A stretch of DNA of 64,000 nt from Chloroflexota bacterium (GCA_027623195.1 JAQBUT010000014.1:21881-85880), one strand, 5' to 3'; positions 28,127 to 39,158 are shown, counted from the first letter of the stretch. Notes: generated from the letters alone by a model not told the origin. Made by a program: numbers and translations.

Positions 28127-29380
28127 TTATTCGGAGTCCCAGAGCTTGAAAAGATCCCTAGCGGCCAGCAAATGGGACTTGTCTACGCCCCGTTTGAGAG
28201 CTGAGGTGGGGTCGTGCAAAAGCCTATTCACGATGGATTTCGTTAGAGCATCGACGGCGCTCATCTGATCCTCAGAGAGTCCTTCTAATTTGGACACCGC
28301 TCTGGACATCTCTTTCTGGCGAATATGTTCTGCCTGCTTTCGGAGGGCCCGTATAGTAGGCAGAACATCCAGCGTGTCCCACCAGGTCATGAACTTGGCC
28401 ACCTCTTCGGCAACGACCTTCTCTGCTTCGACTGCGGCCCGCTTGCGCTCCTCGAGGTTCTCCTCTGCGATGGCGGAAAGGTCGTCGATATTGAAAAGGT
28501 TTACGTCCCGCATTGATGAAACGGCCGGGTCCACATCCCTGGGTACTGCCAGGTCAAACAGAAACAGAGGGGCTTCCCTGTTTCCGGAAAATGCCTGACT
28601 AACCATGTCCTGAGTAACGATGAAGCTTGGAGAGTCGGTTGCAGAGATGGCTATGTCCGCCTGACTGAGGCTGTCCGTTATCTCATCAAAGGGAATAGTC
28701 CGGCCATTCAGGTACTCCGCAAGCTCCTCGGCCCGCTCCAGCGTACGATTGGCGACCATCACGTCGGCGACACCGGATGTTCGCAGAGCGCTAGCCACTA
28801 GTCTGCCGGCCTCTCCCGCACCAATAAGCAACACTCTGGAGGATTCCAGTTTGCCTAAAGTGCGCTGCGCCAGCTTTACACCAGCGTAGCTTATGGACAA
28901 CGGGTTTCGACCCACGGAGGTCTCTTCCCGTACACGTCGACCAGTCTGGATAGCAGAGTGGAACAGCCCCAGGGTTGAGACTTCCACCGACTGGGCCTCT
29001 GAGGCGGAGCTTAACGAGTCCCGCACCTGGCCCAATATCTGCGATTCGCCAACGATCATAGAGTCCAACCCACCGGCTACTCTAAATAAATGGTGTACGG
29101 CGTCCGCCCCAGTGTAGTCATAGAAATGCGGCGAGACAGCATCCCGTGAGAGGCCATGAAATTCCGTAACGTAGGCGTGTACCTTTGCTGCGGTTTTGGA
29201 GGGGTCTGCCGTTATAGCGTAAATCTCCGTCCTGTTGCAGGTGGAGAGAATTACGCATTCCCCGACCCTTTCCTTAAGACCGGAAAGGGCGACGGGAAGT
29301 TGATCGTTTAGAAATGATACGGATTCTCTGACTTCCAGAGGGGCGGTTTTATGGCTAAGACCAACCAGCAATATCTGCAA
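28127..29380 (-). CDS. hemA: glutamyl-tRNA reductase
   Basis: SHKTAP, STCNRTE, GLDSMIVGESQILGQ, GAGE, DLAVPRD. Confidence 0.97.
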   Translation of the reverse strand: MQILLVGLSHKTAPLEVRESVSFLNDQLPVALSGLKERVGECVILSTCNRTEIYAITADPSKTAAKVHAYVTEFHGLSRDAVSPHFYDYTGADAVHHLFRVAGGLDSMIVGESQILGQVRDSLSSASEAQSVEVSTLGLFHSAIQTGRRVREETSVGRNPLSISYAGVKLAQRTLGKLESSRVLLIGAGEAGRLVASALRTSGVADVMVANRTLERAEELAEYLNGRTIPFDEITDSLSQADIAISATDSPSFIVTQDMVSQAFSGNREAPLFLFDLAVPRDVDPAVSSMRDVNLFNIDDLSAIAEENLEERKRAAVEAEKVVAEEVAKFMTWWDTLDVLPTIRALRKQAEHIRQKEMSRAVSKLEGLSEDQMSAVDALTKSIVNRLLHDPTSALKRGVDKSHLLAARDLFKLWDSE

Positions 29381-29386
29381 GGGCGA

Positions 29387-29578
29387 TTAGCCTTTCATTA
29401 ATTGCTTATAGTGGGTTCGCAAGCAGCGAGTGCACAGACTCTGCTTTTTCGCTACCCCATTCTCATGTATGGTCATTTTCTGCACATTCGGAACCCAACG
29501 AGTGCGAGTATGACGCTTTGAATGGCTGACGTTGTTGCCGGATTGCCCGGCCTTGTTGCACCTTTGGCAAACTGCCAT
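29387..29578 (-). CDS. rpmB: 50S ribosomal protein L28 (Zn-binding form)
   Basis: CQRC..GNNVSHS..TRTRWVPN..CTRCL. Confidence 0.95.
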   Translation of the reverse strand: MAVCQRCNKAGQSGNNVSHSKRHTRTRWVPNVQKMTIHENGVAKKQSLCTRCLRTHYKQLMKG

Positions 29579-29735
29579 GATCGCACCTTTGACTCATGTA
29601 TAATGATAAAGAAGAATTGGGCAGAATCACTTCAAAACTCAATCTTCAGGTCACATTTTGCCCGTATTTTGCCTGCACGAACTATCGTGAATTACATAAC
29701 AAAGATAGCATACCAATGAATAAACGGCAACGCTT

Positions 29736-31406
29736 ATGAACCAATCTTCGAGCCTACATCCGACCTCCCAATCGCTGAACGGCGCAGACCTATTTTCAAT
29801 GTTTTCCGCAGCCACCAGTGCGCTAAGGAAACACGCGGAATTAGTGAACCGTTTAAACGTCTACCCGGTGCCGGACGGCGACACAGGAACCAACATGCTT
29901 CTGACGCTGGAACGAATGCTGGTTTCGGCCTCGAGCGCAAATAGCGAATCCGCTTCCCAAGTTGCCGACGCCATGTGGAACGGAGCCCTTCGCGGCTCAG
30001 GCGGCAACAGTGGAGTAATACTGGCCCAGCTTTTCAAAGGCATGTCCGTGGCGTTCGAAGGCGAAGACAGAATTGGCGCAGTCCACATCGCGAATGCTCT
30101 GAAGCAGGGCCGGGACTTTGCCTATTCAGCCGTCGGTAACCCGGTGGAAGGAACGATGCTCACCGTAATGACAGAGTCTGCCTCCGCTGCGGCAAAAACA
30201 GCTGCCAATGCGGAGACCATTCTTCAGGTAATTGACGCGACGTGCGATGCGGCGGCTAAGGCCGTGGAGAACACTCCGAACCTACTTGCTAGGCTACGTG
30301 AGGCGGGAGTGGTAGACGCTGGAGGGCTCGGCTACTGGCTGGTCCTGGAAGGCATACGCCTTCACCTCAGCGGCGAGGATGCGTCCACAGGCGCAGTGCT
30401 ACCTGACTTCGTTGAGATTTCAGACGCTGCTACAGTTCTAGCCCAGGAGTTCCTCCATTCGACGGAGGACGAAGAGTACGGCAACTGTACCCAATTCACC
30501 GTAGAGGGGCCATCGTTAAGCGTTGATGCCATCATTGCCGCCATGAACGAAATGGCCGCATCTACTGTGGTCGTGGGCGACGGCAACATCGTTAAAGTGC
30601 ATGTCCACACGGAAACTCCGGACGAGGTGTTGCAGTACGCCCGCAATCTGGGCGTTGTAGATCAGGTTCGCGTCCAGAATATGAACGACCAGCGACGCGA
30701 TTATGCCGAGGGTTGGCGTCAATTGGCAGCTAACGCTAATGAAACGGCACAGGTGCCGATAGCAGTTGTCGCAGTTGCGTGGGGTGACGGCCTGGTGCGT
30801 ATCTTCCAAGAACATGGCGCCACCGTGCTAATCGCTGGCGACACCATGAATCCCAGCGTTCAGGAGATAGCCGACGCCGTGGAGGCCGCGCCATCCTCCA
30901 ACGTGATTTTCCTTCCTAACAACCGCAACATACTTCCGGCGGCAGAACAGGCGATAGCCATCACCGAAAAAAACCTCAGGGTGGTTCCTACCGGCAACAT
31001 CCCGGAGGGAATCGGAGCGCTCCTCGAATTCGTCCAGACACGGGCCCTGGACGAAAACACTGAAAGCATGACCGAGACAATCTCCAACATACAATGCGCG
31101 GAGGTATGCTCAGCGGTACGCTCGGTGAATCTCGATGGGGTGGAAGCGGCGGAAGGCCAGGTTATAGGCCTTCTCGAAAGAAAAATGGTAGTCTCCGGGG
31201 ATGACCCTGGGGCAGTGTTGATGGAGCTTCTCACCAAGGCAATCACCCCTGAATCAGAGCTGGTGACGCTATATTGGGGCGGCCCCATCCATCAGAAGGA
31301 AGCGGAGCTAGCGGCCGAATCGGCAAGTGAGCAGTTCGCTGATGTAGATTTCGAGTTGCTCCATGGGGGACAGCCCCACTACCATTTTATAATTTCTGTA
31401 GAGTGA
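29736..31406 (+). CDS. fakA: DAK2-domain fatty acid kinase subunit A
   Basis: LNVYPVPDGDTGTNM, GNSGVIL, PVEGTMLTV, VVDAGG, TMNPS, GGQPHY. Confidence 0.93.
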   Translation: MNQSSSLHPTSQSLNGADLFSMFSAATSALRKHAELVNRLNVYPVPDGDTGTNMLLTLERMLVSASSANSESASQVADAMWNGALRGSGGNSGVILAQLFKGMSVAFEGEDRIGAVHIANALKQGRDFAYSAVGNPVEGTMLTVMTESASAAAKTAANAETILQVIDATCDAAAKAVENTPNLLARLREAGVVDAGGLGYWLVLEGIRLHLSGEDASTGAVLPDFVEISDAATVLAQEFLHSTEDEEYGNCTQFTVEGPSLSVDAIIAAMNEMAASTVVVGDGNIVKVHVHTETPDEVLQYARNLGVVDQVRVQNMNDQRRDYAEGWRQLAANANETAQVPIAVVAVAWGDGLVRIFQEHGATVLIAGDTMNPSVQEIADAVEAAPSSNVIFLPNNRNILPAAEQAIAITEKNLRVVPTGNIPEGIGALLEFVQTRALDENTESMTETISNIQCAEVCSAVRSVNLDGVEAAEGQVIGLLERKMVVSGDDPGAVLMELLTKAITPESELVTLYWGGPIHQKEAELAAESASEQFADVDFELLHGGQPHYHFIISVE

Positions 31407-31409
31407 TTT

Positions 31410-32270
31410 ATGCCAGTCAAAATCGTTACCGATAGCACGGCAGACATCCCCGGCGATCTAGTCAGCGAGTTTGGAATCGAGGTCGTTCCGCTCAAGGTGC
31501 GCTTTGGCACGGAGGAGTTCTTCGACGGAATTGATCTGCCCAAGGATGAGTTCTATCGACGTCTGATTGATGGCCCAACGCTGCCGACTACTTCCCAACC
31601 CTCTGTTGGCGAGTTCGCAGAGGTCTACCAACGACTGGCGCAAGGCGCCGACGGCATCTTGTCATTTCACCTCTCTGCCAAACTTAGCGGCACTTACAAC
31701 TCCGCGCGGCAGGCTGCAGAGCAGGTTTCAGCAGGGGGAACTTCAATTTGCCCAATTGAGGTCGTCGATAGTACACAGACATCAATGACCTTGGGCCTGA
31801 TGGTTTTGAGATTGGCGCGGGAAGCCGCTGCCGGTTTGGACATAGGTGAACTCTCGGCCCTAGCCAATGATCTGATCAGCAGATCTGAATTCTTTGTGCT
31901 TCTGGATACTCTGGAATACCTGCAAAAAGGCGGGCGGGTCGGGAAGGCAAGAGCCCTAATAGGGGGCATACTGAAGATCAAGCCAATGATTATCCTTCGT
32001 GAAGGCGAGGTTCATGAACTAGCCAAGGAGCGCACCAGGCGGCGCGGCATCGCCCGCCTCCTTAGCACTGCAGCGGACTTCGGCCCAGTGGAAGATATGG
32101 CCGTCCTGCATAGCACCACGCCCGAGGAGGCCGAATCGCTGGCAAACGAGCTGACCGCCATGATGCCGGAAGGCCGCAAGCCAATCATATCCAGGGCAGG
32201 CTCGGTGATAGGCACACACGCCGGGCCAGGGGCGCTGGGCATTTCGTTACTTAAAACCACAGCCCACTAA
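31410..32270 (+). CDS. degV: DegV-family fatty acid-binding protein (FakB)
   Basis: VTDSTAD, TSQPS, LSGTYNS, YLQKGGR, HAGPG. Confidence 0.93.
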   Translation: MPVKIVTDSTADIPGDLVSEFGIEVVPLKVRFGTEEFFDGIDLPKDEFYRRLIDGPTLPTTSQPSVGEFAEVYQRLAQGADGILSFHLSAKLSGTYNSARQAAEQVSAGGTSICPIEVVDSTQTSMTLGLMVLRLAREAAAGLDIGELSALANDLISRSEFFVLLDTLEYLQKGGRVGKARALIGGILKIKPMIILREGEVHELAKERTRRRGIARLLSTAADFGPVEDMAVLHSTTPEEAESLANELTAMMPEGRKPIISRAGSVIGTHAGPGALGISLLKTTAH

Positions 32271-32366
32271 AACCAAAGGGCTAAAATCGACAAGTGCCCT
32301 AATATTGGAATATTTTCGTTAGTATTTGGTACAACACTCGTACCTCTCTTATGTAGAATCTGAGCG

Positions 32367-34832
32367 ATGGCCACCTCATCCAAATCCGCACCAACAACAG
32401 GCAAGAACCCCAAACTGGAAGCCCTCGCCAAAATGCTGTTGCAGGAACGGGACAACGGCTGGCAGGACACCACCGTCATGGGAGGCCTGGACGAGTTTCT
32501 GAAACGCTGGGCCAGTGATCTGACCCCTGCTTTGGGAGAACATCCCTCTTACACAGACCTATCCCCAGAGGAACGTGTCAAGTGGGCGGACGTAGCAATG
32601 AAGAAGATGGGCCTTGCCTCAATAGGCAAGGGGAAATCCACCACCTCCGGAAAATCCCGACCTGCCGCCAAGCCTGCCAGCGATAAGAAGCCGCCCTCGC
32701 CGCGAAGTGCCACCGCCAAGGTAGACCTGGACGACGATATTATGGCGCTGCATTCCGTGACCAAGCGAAACGTCGCCAGGCTCAAGCGTTTGGGAATGAA
32801 CACGGTCAGAGACCTGGTATTCCACTTTCCGCATCGACACAACGACTTCGCCAGGCTACGAAAAGTCGCAGACCTCGTTCCCGGGGAGGATCAGACCGTT
32901 TCCGTCACTGTGTGGGAGGCCACGCAGACCGGCCACCCGAAGCGAAAGTCGACACAGGCAATACTGGGCGACGATACCGGGAATTTCAAGGCTTTGTGGT
33001 TCAACCAGCCGTATTTGGCCAAAACGCTGGCTTCTGGGTCGCAGGTGGTCATAAGCGGGCGTCCTGAGATATACCAAGGACAGATCGTCTTCAAGTCCCC
33101 AGAGTACGAGCTGCTTAGAGGTCAGGAAGAGCTTGTCCACACCGGTAGGCTAGTTCCGGTGTACTTCTCAACCGTAGGACTGCCGCAACGTACATTGCGA
33201 AGGGTCGTAAAAGAAGCTGTCGACTCCTGCTTGGGCCAGGTTCACGAATTCCTGCCACAGGATATGCTAACCAGAGCGGGCTTGATGGGGCTGTCTAAGG
33301 CCATCTCACAAATGCATTACCCTGACTCGGCATCCGAATTGCAGCCCGCTCGACGTAGGCTGGCCTACGACGAGCTATTCATGCTGCAATTGGCGGTCAT
33401 AAGCCGCAGGCAAAGCTGGCAGGAGGCGGGAAGAGCGCTCCCCTTAGATGCTGCCTCCAAGGGCCTGGACGCCTTCTTGAACTCTTTGCCGTACAATTTG
33501 ACCGGCGCCCAACAAAGGGTGTTAGGCGAGATTTCGAGCGACATAGCCAAGGACTGGCCCATGAGCAGGCTTATCCAGGGCGACGTGGGCAGCGGCAAAA
33601 CGGTCGTCGCGACGGCTGCTCTGCTGGCAGCGGTTTTCAGTGGTCAGCAGGGCGCGTTCATGGCACCGACGGAGATTCTCGCCGAGCAGCACTTCATTAC
33701 CCTGGCGGCCTTGCTCTCTGGCTCAGGCGCGGGAGAGGAAGGGCAAAATCCTATCACTATCCCTGCAAACCCACTGCCCAGGCCGGTAACCATAGGCCTT
33801 CTGCTGGGCAGCCTGCGCAAGAAAGACAAAGAGCGTATGCATCAGCTCATCGCTGAGGGGGATGTGGATATTGTCATAGGAACGCAAGCCCTCATTCAGG
33901 ACGCTGTGGACATTCCGAATCTAGCGCTGATAGTGGTGGATGAACAGCACAGGTTCGGGGTAATCCAGCGGGCGTCGCTGCGGGAAAAGGGTGTGCGGCC
34001 TCACGTGCTAGCCATGTCGGCCACCCCCATACCCCGTTCGCTGGCGTTGACGCTGTACGGCGACCTGGACGTGTCGGCCATCGACGAGTTGCCGCCAGGC
34101 AGGCAGCCAATCCGCACCAAATGGGTGGAGCCCGAGAAACGCAATGCGGCCTATGGCTTCATTCGCAAGCAGGTTGAGGAGGGGAGACAGGCCTTCATCG
34201 TCTGCCCGCTTATCGAAGAATCGGAATCGGTACAGGCGAGGGCAGCTACTGTGGAGTTCCAGCGCCTCTCAACGATTGTATTCTCGGATCTGCGCTTGGG
34301 TCTTCTTCATGGGCGGATTAGCCTGGCCGAAAAAGAACAGATTATGAATACGTTTAAAGCCGGAGATTTGGATATCCTGGTATCTACGCCTGTCATAGAA
34401 GTGGGCATAGATGTGCCTAATGCCTCCGTAATGCTAGTGGACGGCTCGGACAGGTTCGGCCTATCTCAATTGCACCAGTTCCGAGGGCGGGTAGGCCGGG
34501 GCAAGCACCAGAGCTACTGCCTTCTCCTGTCAGACTCCCCCGGCGCTGAGGCCCGTGAGCGCCTGAAGATTGTGGAGCGGATTAGCGACGGCTTCCAGCT
34601 CGCCGAGGAGGACCTCCGCTTACGCGGGCCGGGTGATTACCTGGGAACTCGCCAGAGCGGCCTGCCGGACATGAAAGTTGCCCGCATAACTGACCAGGAC
34701 ATCTTGATGTTGGCAAGGCAAGAGGCAATCCAGCTTCTGGAGGCTGATCCCGACTTGGCAGACGGCAAGCACAAAGCACTTGCCGAAAGATTCCACGAGT
34801 ATTTCGCAGGCGTTTCCGGTGAGATGAGCTAA
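32367..34832 (+). CDS. recG: ATP-dependent DNA helicase RecG
   Basis: QGDVGSGKT, DEQHRFG, SATPIPR, QFRGRVGR, DLRLRGPG. Confidence 0.97.
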   Translation: MATSSKSAPTTGKNPKLEALAKMLLQERDNGWQDTTVMGGLDEFLKRWASDLTPALGEHPSYTDLSPEERVKWADVAMKKMGLASIGKGKSTTSGKSRPAAKPASDKKPPSPRSATAKVDLDDDIMALHSVTKRNVARLKRLGMNTVRDLVFHFPHRHNDFARLRKVADLVPGEDQTVSVTVWEATQTGHPKRKSTQAILGDDTGNFKALWFNQPYLAKTLASGSQVVISGRPEIYQGQIVFKSPEYELLRGQEELVHTGRLVPVYFSTVGLPQRTLRRVVKEAVDSCLGQVHEFLPQDMLTRAGLMGLSKAISQMHYPDSASELQPARRRLAYDELFMLQLAVISRRQSWQEAGRALPLDAASKGLDAFLNSLPYNLTGAQQRVLGEISSDIAKDWPMSRLIQGDVGSGKTVVATAALLAAVFSGQQGAFMAPTEILAEQHFITLAALLSGSGAGEEGQNPITIPANPLPRPVTIGLLLGSLRKKDKERMHQLIAEGDVDIVIGTQALIQDAVDIPNLALIVVDEQHRFGVIQRASLREKGVRPHVLAMSATPIPRSLALTLYGDLDVSAIDELPPGRQPIRTKWVEPEKRNAAYGFIRKQVEEGRQAFIVCPLIEESESVQARAATVEFQRLSTIVFSDLRLGLLHGRISLAEKEQIMNTFKAGDLDILVSTPVIEVGIDVPNASVMLVDGSDRFGLSQLHQFRGRVGRGKHQSYCLLLSDSPGAEARERLKIVERISDGFQLAEEDLRLRGPGDYLGTRQSGLPDMKVARITDQDILMLARQEAIQLLEADPDLADGKHKALAERFHEYFAGVSGEMS

Positions 34833-35088
34833 TTTTGGATCTCGCCTCACCTCCACGTTCCACTCTCATTTGATTGCTCTTTGCCGCGTATTCAACGAAA
34901 ATAATAAATGTGCACTTGAAGTTATCCAGACCCATATATTGCCCTTGCCCATCGAATCGTATTTGACAGGGCTGGGAAGGAACCTTATATTGAGTGCGCC
35001 AATTTTTGATTCGTCTAGAACTTATCAAATTCTTTCTGCTGGCCCGTGCCTAAACGGGACGCGGACGTTCCGTTAACAGAGGAGGATT

Positions 35089-35517
35089 ATGGGAAAAATA
35101 AAGCACATCGCTTTGGCGACCCAGGAGCCCGAGAAAACGGCCAATTTTTATAAAGATGTGTTCGGCCTGGAAGAGGTTGGGCGCGTGAGCAACGACAATG
35201 CCGAGGGCTATTACCTTAGCGACGGCAACATAAACATAGCAATTTTACGTTTTAAGAATGAAATATTGGTCGGCGAAAAGTTCGACATCAACTACAGCGG
35301 CATACATCACATCGGCTTTCAGGTAGACGACGCCGAAGCAGCGGACTCGAAATTAAGGAAGGCAGATGCCTTTCCAATGGAGGAGATAAACAGCACGCTG
35401 CATGCTGGTATGAGTAGAGGGCACGGCGGGAAAAACGTTGAACTGAAGTACAACGGCCCCGATGGTGTGATGATCGACATATCGCAAACGGGATGGGTTG
35501 GCACCGAAGAAGAGTAA
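35089..35517 (+). CDS. VOC/glyoxalase family protein
   Basis: KHIAL, FYKDVFGL, HHIGFQVDD, GPDG; GGAGG RBS. Confidence 0.88.
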   Translation: MGKIKHIALATQEPEKTANFYKDVFGLEEVGRVSNDNAEGYYLSDGNINIAILRFKNEILVGEKFDINYSGIHHIGFQVDDAEAADSKLRKADAFPMEEINSTLHAGMSRGHGGKNVELKYNGPDGVMIDISQTGWVGTEEE

Positions 35518-35542
35518 CAGTCTCGAAATCAAGACAAAAACG

Positions 35543-35572
35543 AAAGGACTCGGCATGTAGCCGAGTCCTTTT
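35543..35572. terminator. intrinsic terminator
   Basis: AAAGGACTCGGC / GCCGAGTCCTTT. Confidence 0.8.
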
Positions 35573-35639
35573 GCATTCGAAAGCATTTTAGCCTAATTGT
35601 GGACTTTTTCTTATCCACGGAGCCGATGGCCAACGGCGG

Positions 35640-36308
35640 TTATTGAGCCTTATTGGCGATCTGCACCAGGCTCTCGGGGCTACCGCCCATTACACTGGAT
35701 TTAACTATACTGACTAAGGTGTCGATTTCGTAGGCGTCCCCGATCATTGCCTGCATCCCAGCCTTAAGGTCGATGCCAACCATATCCCCAATGAGACCGG
35801 TGTAGCTATGGCAGCCCTCGCTGCTTGCAGATCCCGTTGAGGAGCACCACGGTATTGAAGGCGAAACCAGCGATGCCTTTGTGACCGCAGGCGCTAGACG
35901 AGAGGAATCTAAAATGTCGCGCGTAGCCGCTACATTAATTCCACTCAAGAGGTACATCATCGTACCCAGCATAACAAGGCCGACGACAATACCGCCAAAA
36001 GCGCCCACTGCATGGTCGGCCGGTCCCATCTTGAACATGGGAAGTGCCCTCGTCAAAGCTATAGAGGCACCCTTAACTAAAGCGAACACGAGGACGGCAA
36101 TGATGGCAAAGCCCACAAGACGCGCCAGTGTATCGCCATTGAGGTGAGGAGAAAGCAGACCGGCCACCTGAGCCTGGTAGTTCAGACCAAGAATAACCCC
36201 GAGTACTATACCGCCAATACCGGATGCGGGCCTTATTATTCCGCCCCGGAGGCCCACTACGGCTAGCAGCCCTATGGAACCTATAATGATCAGGTCTACT
36301 ACGTTCAT
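35640..36308 (-). CDS. cvpA: CvpA-family membrane protein with C-terminal extension
   Basis: MNVVDLIII..GLRGG, DHAVGAFGG, SRL; start set at ATG 36308, which has a GGAG RBS. Confidence 0.78.
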   Translation of the reverse strand: MNVVDLIIIGSIGLLAVVGLRGGIIRPASGIGGIVLGVILGLNYQAQVAGLLSPHLNGDTLARLVGFAIIAVLVFALVKGASIALTRALPMFKMGPADHAVGAFGGIVVGLVMLGTMMYLLSGINVAATRDILDSSRLAPAVTKASLVSPSIPWCSSTGSASSEGCHSYTGLIGDMVGIDLKAGMQAMIGDAYEIDTLVSIVKSSVMGGSPESLVQIANKAQ

Positions 36309-36561
36309 ACCCCGCTCCCAATACTCCAAACCAACCCAGGTATACGTATTTACTTTGTATAAAGGGGCCAACATATCAAGCCCCAATGCGTTGTTTTGTA
36401 ATTCGTGTGGGGACAATTGTGGCAAAGTGTGGGGAAAGCTGGCACAAAGGTCGCAATAGAATGCGGGTGGTTGCTACCCAAGTCTTCTACAAGCGCCAAG
36501 GGGGTATCTGCACCCAGACATCGTTGGTGGCCAGCCGCCAAGGGTAGTCATAAATGGAGGC

Positions 36562-36593
36562 AAAAAAAGGGCGGGCCTAAATGGCCCGCCCTT
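36562..36593 (-). terminator. intrinsic terminator downstream of aconitase
   Basis: AAGGGCGGGCC / GGCCCGCCCTT with a minus-strand U-tract. Confidence 0.8.
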
Positions 36594-36615
36594 ATAACAT
36601 ACGGCTTGTTAACCC

Positions 36616-38895
36616 CTAGTTGTTCTGGTGGAACAGGTTGAGGGCTGAGCCCAACCTGAACCAGTCCAACTGAGACTCCCCAAACGTGTGATTGAGGTAG
36701 AGAACCTCGGAGGTTCCGTCGGCGTGGGCTATTCTACACTCGACAGGCTTGCCGGGTGCAATATCGGAAAGGCCTACCAGACTAATGCGGTCATCTTCCT
36801 GAATTTTGTCGTAATCGGCAGGATCCGGGAAGGTTAACGCCAGAAGGCCTTGCTTCTTTAGGTTGGATTCGTGGATTCGAGCGAAGCTGCGCACGATAAC
36901 AGCCGCACCTCCCATAAGCCTGGGGCAAAGCGCTGCATGCTCTCGGCTGCTGCCCTCACCATAGTTGGCGTCGCCGACGATCACCCACTTCACGCCCTGG
37001 GACTGATAATGTCGCGCTATCGTGGCAATGGGCTGGGCTGCCTCACCTGTCAGCACGTTCTTACCGACGCCAGTCTCACCGGTGAAGGCATTTATGGCCC
37101 CCATGAGGGTGTTCTCGCTGAATTTGCCAAGATGACCACGGTAGCGAAGCCAAGGGCCCGCAGGAGATATGTGGTCGGTTGTGGTCTTACCCTTGGTCTT
37201 CATCACGACGGGCATGCCCTCGAGGTCATTGCCATCCCAGGCCGGCCAAGGCTGCATAAGTTGGATTCGCTCGCTGTCGGGGGCAACCGCCAATTCGATG
37301 CCTGAGCCGTCCGCTGGAGGCGCTTCGTATGACGAATTTCCCGTTGCAAAGTTACTGGGGGGAACCTCAGGCGCCTTCTTAGGAGGATTCAGCTTGAACT
37401 CGGTGCCATCGGCAGCCGTTAACGAATCCGTAAGCGGATTGAACGAAAGCCGGCCTGCCATGGCCATGGCTGTCACAACCTCCGGACTGCCAATGAAGTT
37501 CATCGTGGACGCTGAACCATCGTTTCGAGCTGGGAAATTTCGGTTGTAGGAAGTAAGGATGGTGTTGGCATGGTCCGTCTGCTCTTTGGCCCTTCGCCAC
37601 TGACCTATGCAGGGACCGCAAGCGTTGGCCAGCACGCTGCCGTCAATATCCCTTAATGAACCCATTTGCCCGTCCCGCTCGATGGTCGCGCGGACCTGCT
37701 CGGAGCCAGGGGTCACCATAAATGGCACCCGGGACTTCAGACCGTGGGCCTTACCCTGCTCTGCCACGTCGGCGGCTCTGCTCATGTCCTCGTAGGAGGA
37801 GTTTGTGCAGCTACCGATGAGCGCTGAGGATATTTCGTCGACAAACCCGTTACTGGGGTCGGAAACTTCCGCTGCCATCTTGGAAATCGGGCGAGCGCGA
37901 TCCGGCGAGTGCGGACCTACCAAGTGCGGCTCTAAAGTAGAGAGGTCTAGCCTAACTACGTTATCGTAATACTTCTCCGGGTCCGCCTCCACCTCTTCGT
38001 CAGGAGCGAGCAAATGCTTGTACTTTTCTGCCAAAGGAACTAGCTCAGCGCGGTTGGTAGCTCTCAGATACTGGCCCATATGGTCGTCGTAAGGGAACAT
38101 CGACGTGGTTGCGCCTAATTCGGCTCCCATATTGGTAATCGTAGCCTTGCCCGTAGCGCTGATTGTTCTGGCGCCCGGCCCTATGTACTCGACGATGGCG
38201 TTGGTGGCACCGGAAACGGTTAGCGCGCCAGCCACATACAGGATTACATCCTTGGGTGCCGTCCACCCGCTTAACTCGCCAGTCAGGTACACCGCGATGT
38301 GCCTGGGATAAAGAACCTCCCAAGGCAATCCGGCCATAGTCTCCACAGCATCTGCACCGCCAACACCCACGGAGCATGCTCCCAGGCCACCGGCGTTAGG
38401 TGTATGGGAGTCCGTCCCTATCATCAGCTCTCCGGGGAATGCGTAATTCTCCAGAGCCACCTGATGGATAATGCCAGCACCCGGTCCCCAGAAACCCGCA
38501 CCGAATTTGGCCGCTGCGGATCGCAAGAAGTCGTAGACTTCGCTGTTCTCTTGTAGAGACTCCTTAAGGTCAACAGAGCCTTCTACCCGAGCCTGAATCA
38601 GGTGGTCGCAATGGATGGACGTAGCCACAGACAACCTTTCCTTCATTGTCTGCATGAACTGGAGCATTGCAGTTTGGCCGAGTACGTCCTGCAGAAGAAC
38701 CCGGTCCGGACGAAGGAAGAGGTAGCTTTCACCTGGAACCATTTCCTGATTTTCAGGATCGTCCAGGTGCCCCAGCATCACCTTGTCCGCCAATGTGAGG
38801 GGCTTCCCCAGACGGCCACGGACGATTTTGAGGTTCGCCTCAATAGTCTCGTAGACTTTTGCCGCCATTTCCGGTGTAGATTCGATTGTTACCAT
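36616..38895 (-). CDS. acnA: aconitate hydratase (mitochondrial-like subtype)
   Basis: HCDHLI, GIIHQV, DSHT, GSCTNSS, CGPCIG, NRNF, TTDHIS, GEGSSRE. Confidence 0.93.
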   Translation of the reverse strand: MVTIESTPEMAAKVYETIEANLKIVRGRLGKPLTLADKVMLGHLDDPENQEMVPGESYLFLRPDRVLLQDVLGQTAMLQFMQTMKERLSVATSIHCDHLIQARVEGSVDLKESLQENSEVYDFLRSAAAKFGAGFWGPGAGIIHQVALENYAFPGELMIGTDSHTPNAGGLGACSVGVGGADAVETMAGLPWEVLYPRHIAVYLTGELSGWTAPKDVILYVAGALTVSGATNAIVEYIGPGARTISATGKATITNMGAELGATTSMFPYDDHMGQYLRATNRAELVPLAEKYKHLLAPDEEVEADPEKYYDNVVRLDLSTLEPHLVGPHSPDRARPISKMAAEVSDPSNGFVDEISSALIGSCTNSSYEDMSRAADVAEQGKAHGLKSRVPFMVTPGSEQVRATIERDGQMGSLRDIDGSVLANACGPCIGQWRRAKEQTDHANTILTSYNRNFPARNDGSASTMNFIGSPEVVTAMAMAGRLSFNPLTDSLTAADGTEFKLNPPKKAPEVPPSNFATGNSSYEAPPADGSGIELAVAPDSERIQLMQPWPAWDGNDLEGMPVVMKTKGKTTTDHISPAGPWLRYRGHLGKFSENTLMGAINAFTGETGVGKNVLTGEAAQPIATIARHYQSQGVKWVIVGDANYGEGSSREHAALCPRLMGGAAVIVRSFARIHESNLKKQGLLALTFPDPADYDKIQEDDRISLVGLSDIAPGKPVECRIAHADGTSEVLYLNHTFGESQLDWFRLGSALNLFHQNN

Positions 38896-39032
38896 GCTTT
38901 TGATCTCCTTACGTCACATGCCTAAATGCCAACCCAATTCTTGACCACATGCCTCATGCGTTAACGTCGAAATACCACCCTAATATCAAGGCGAAAAGCC
39001 CTTCAATAGAATGGTTACGAATTAGAATTGGC

Positions 39033-39071
39033 CAAAAATAAAGGCCCGGACTTTTTAGGTCGCCCGGGCCT
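39033..39071 (-). terminator. probable intrinsic terminator after the ferredoxin gene
   Basis: AGGCCCGG / CCGGGCCT stem preceded by an A-tract on the + strand. Confidence 0.55.
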
Positions 39072-39158
39072 CAAGTTATCTCTAAATGGCATAGGCTTTA
39101 AAGGCGAAACATAACGTTTCACCCAAAACCAGTCCCTTAACCACCTTTGGCGACGGGC

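Noticed and set aside
35598..35620. DnaA-box-like pair (TGTGGACTT, TTATCCACG)
   Set aside because: Only two imperfect boxes between convergent genes; no AT-rich unwinding region or dnaA context.
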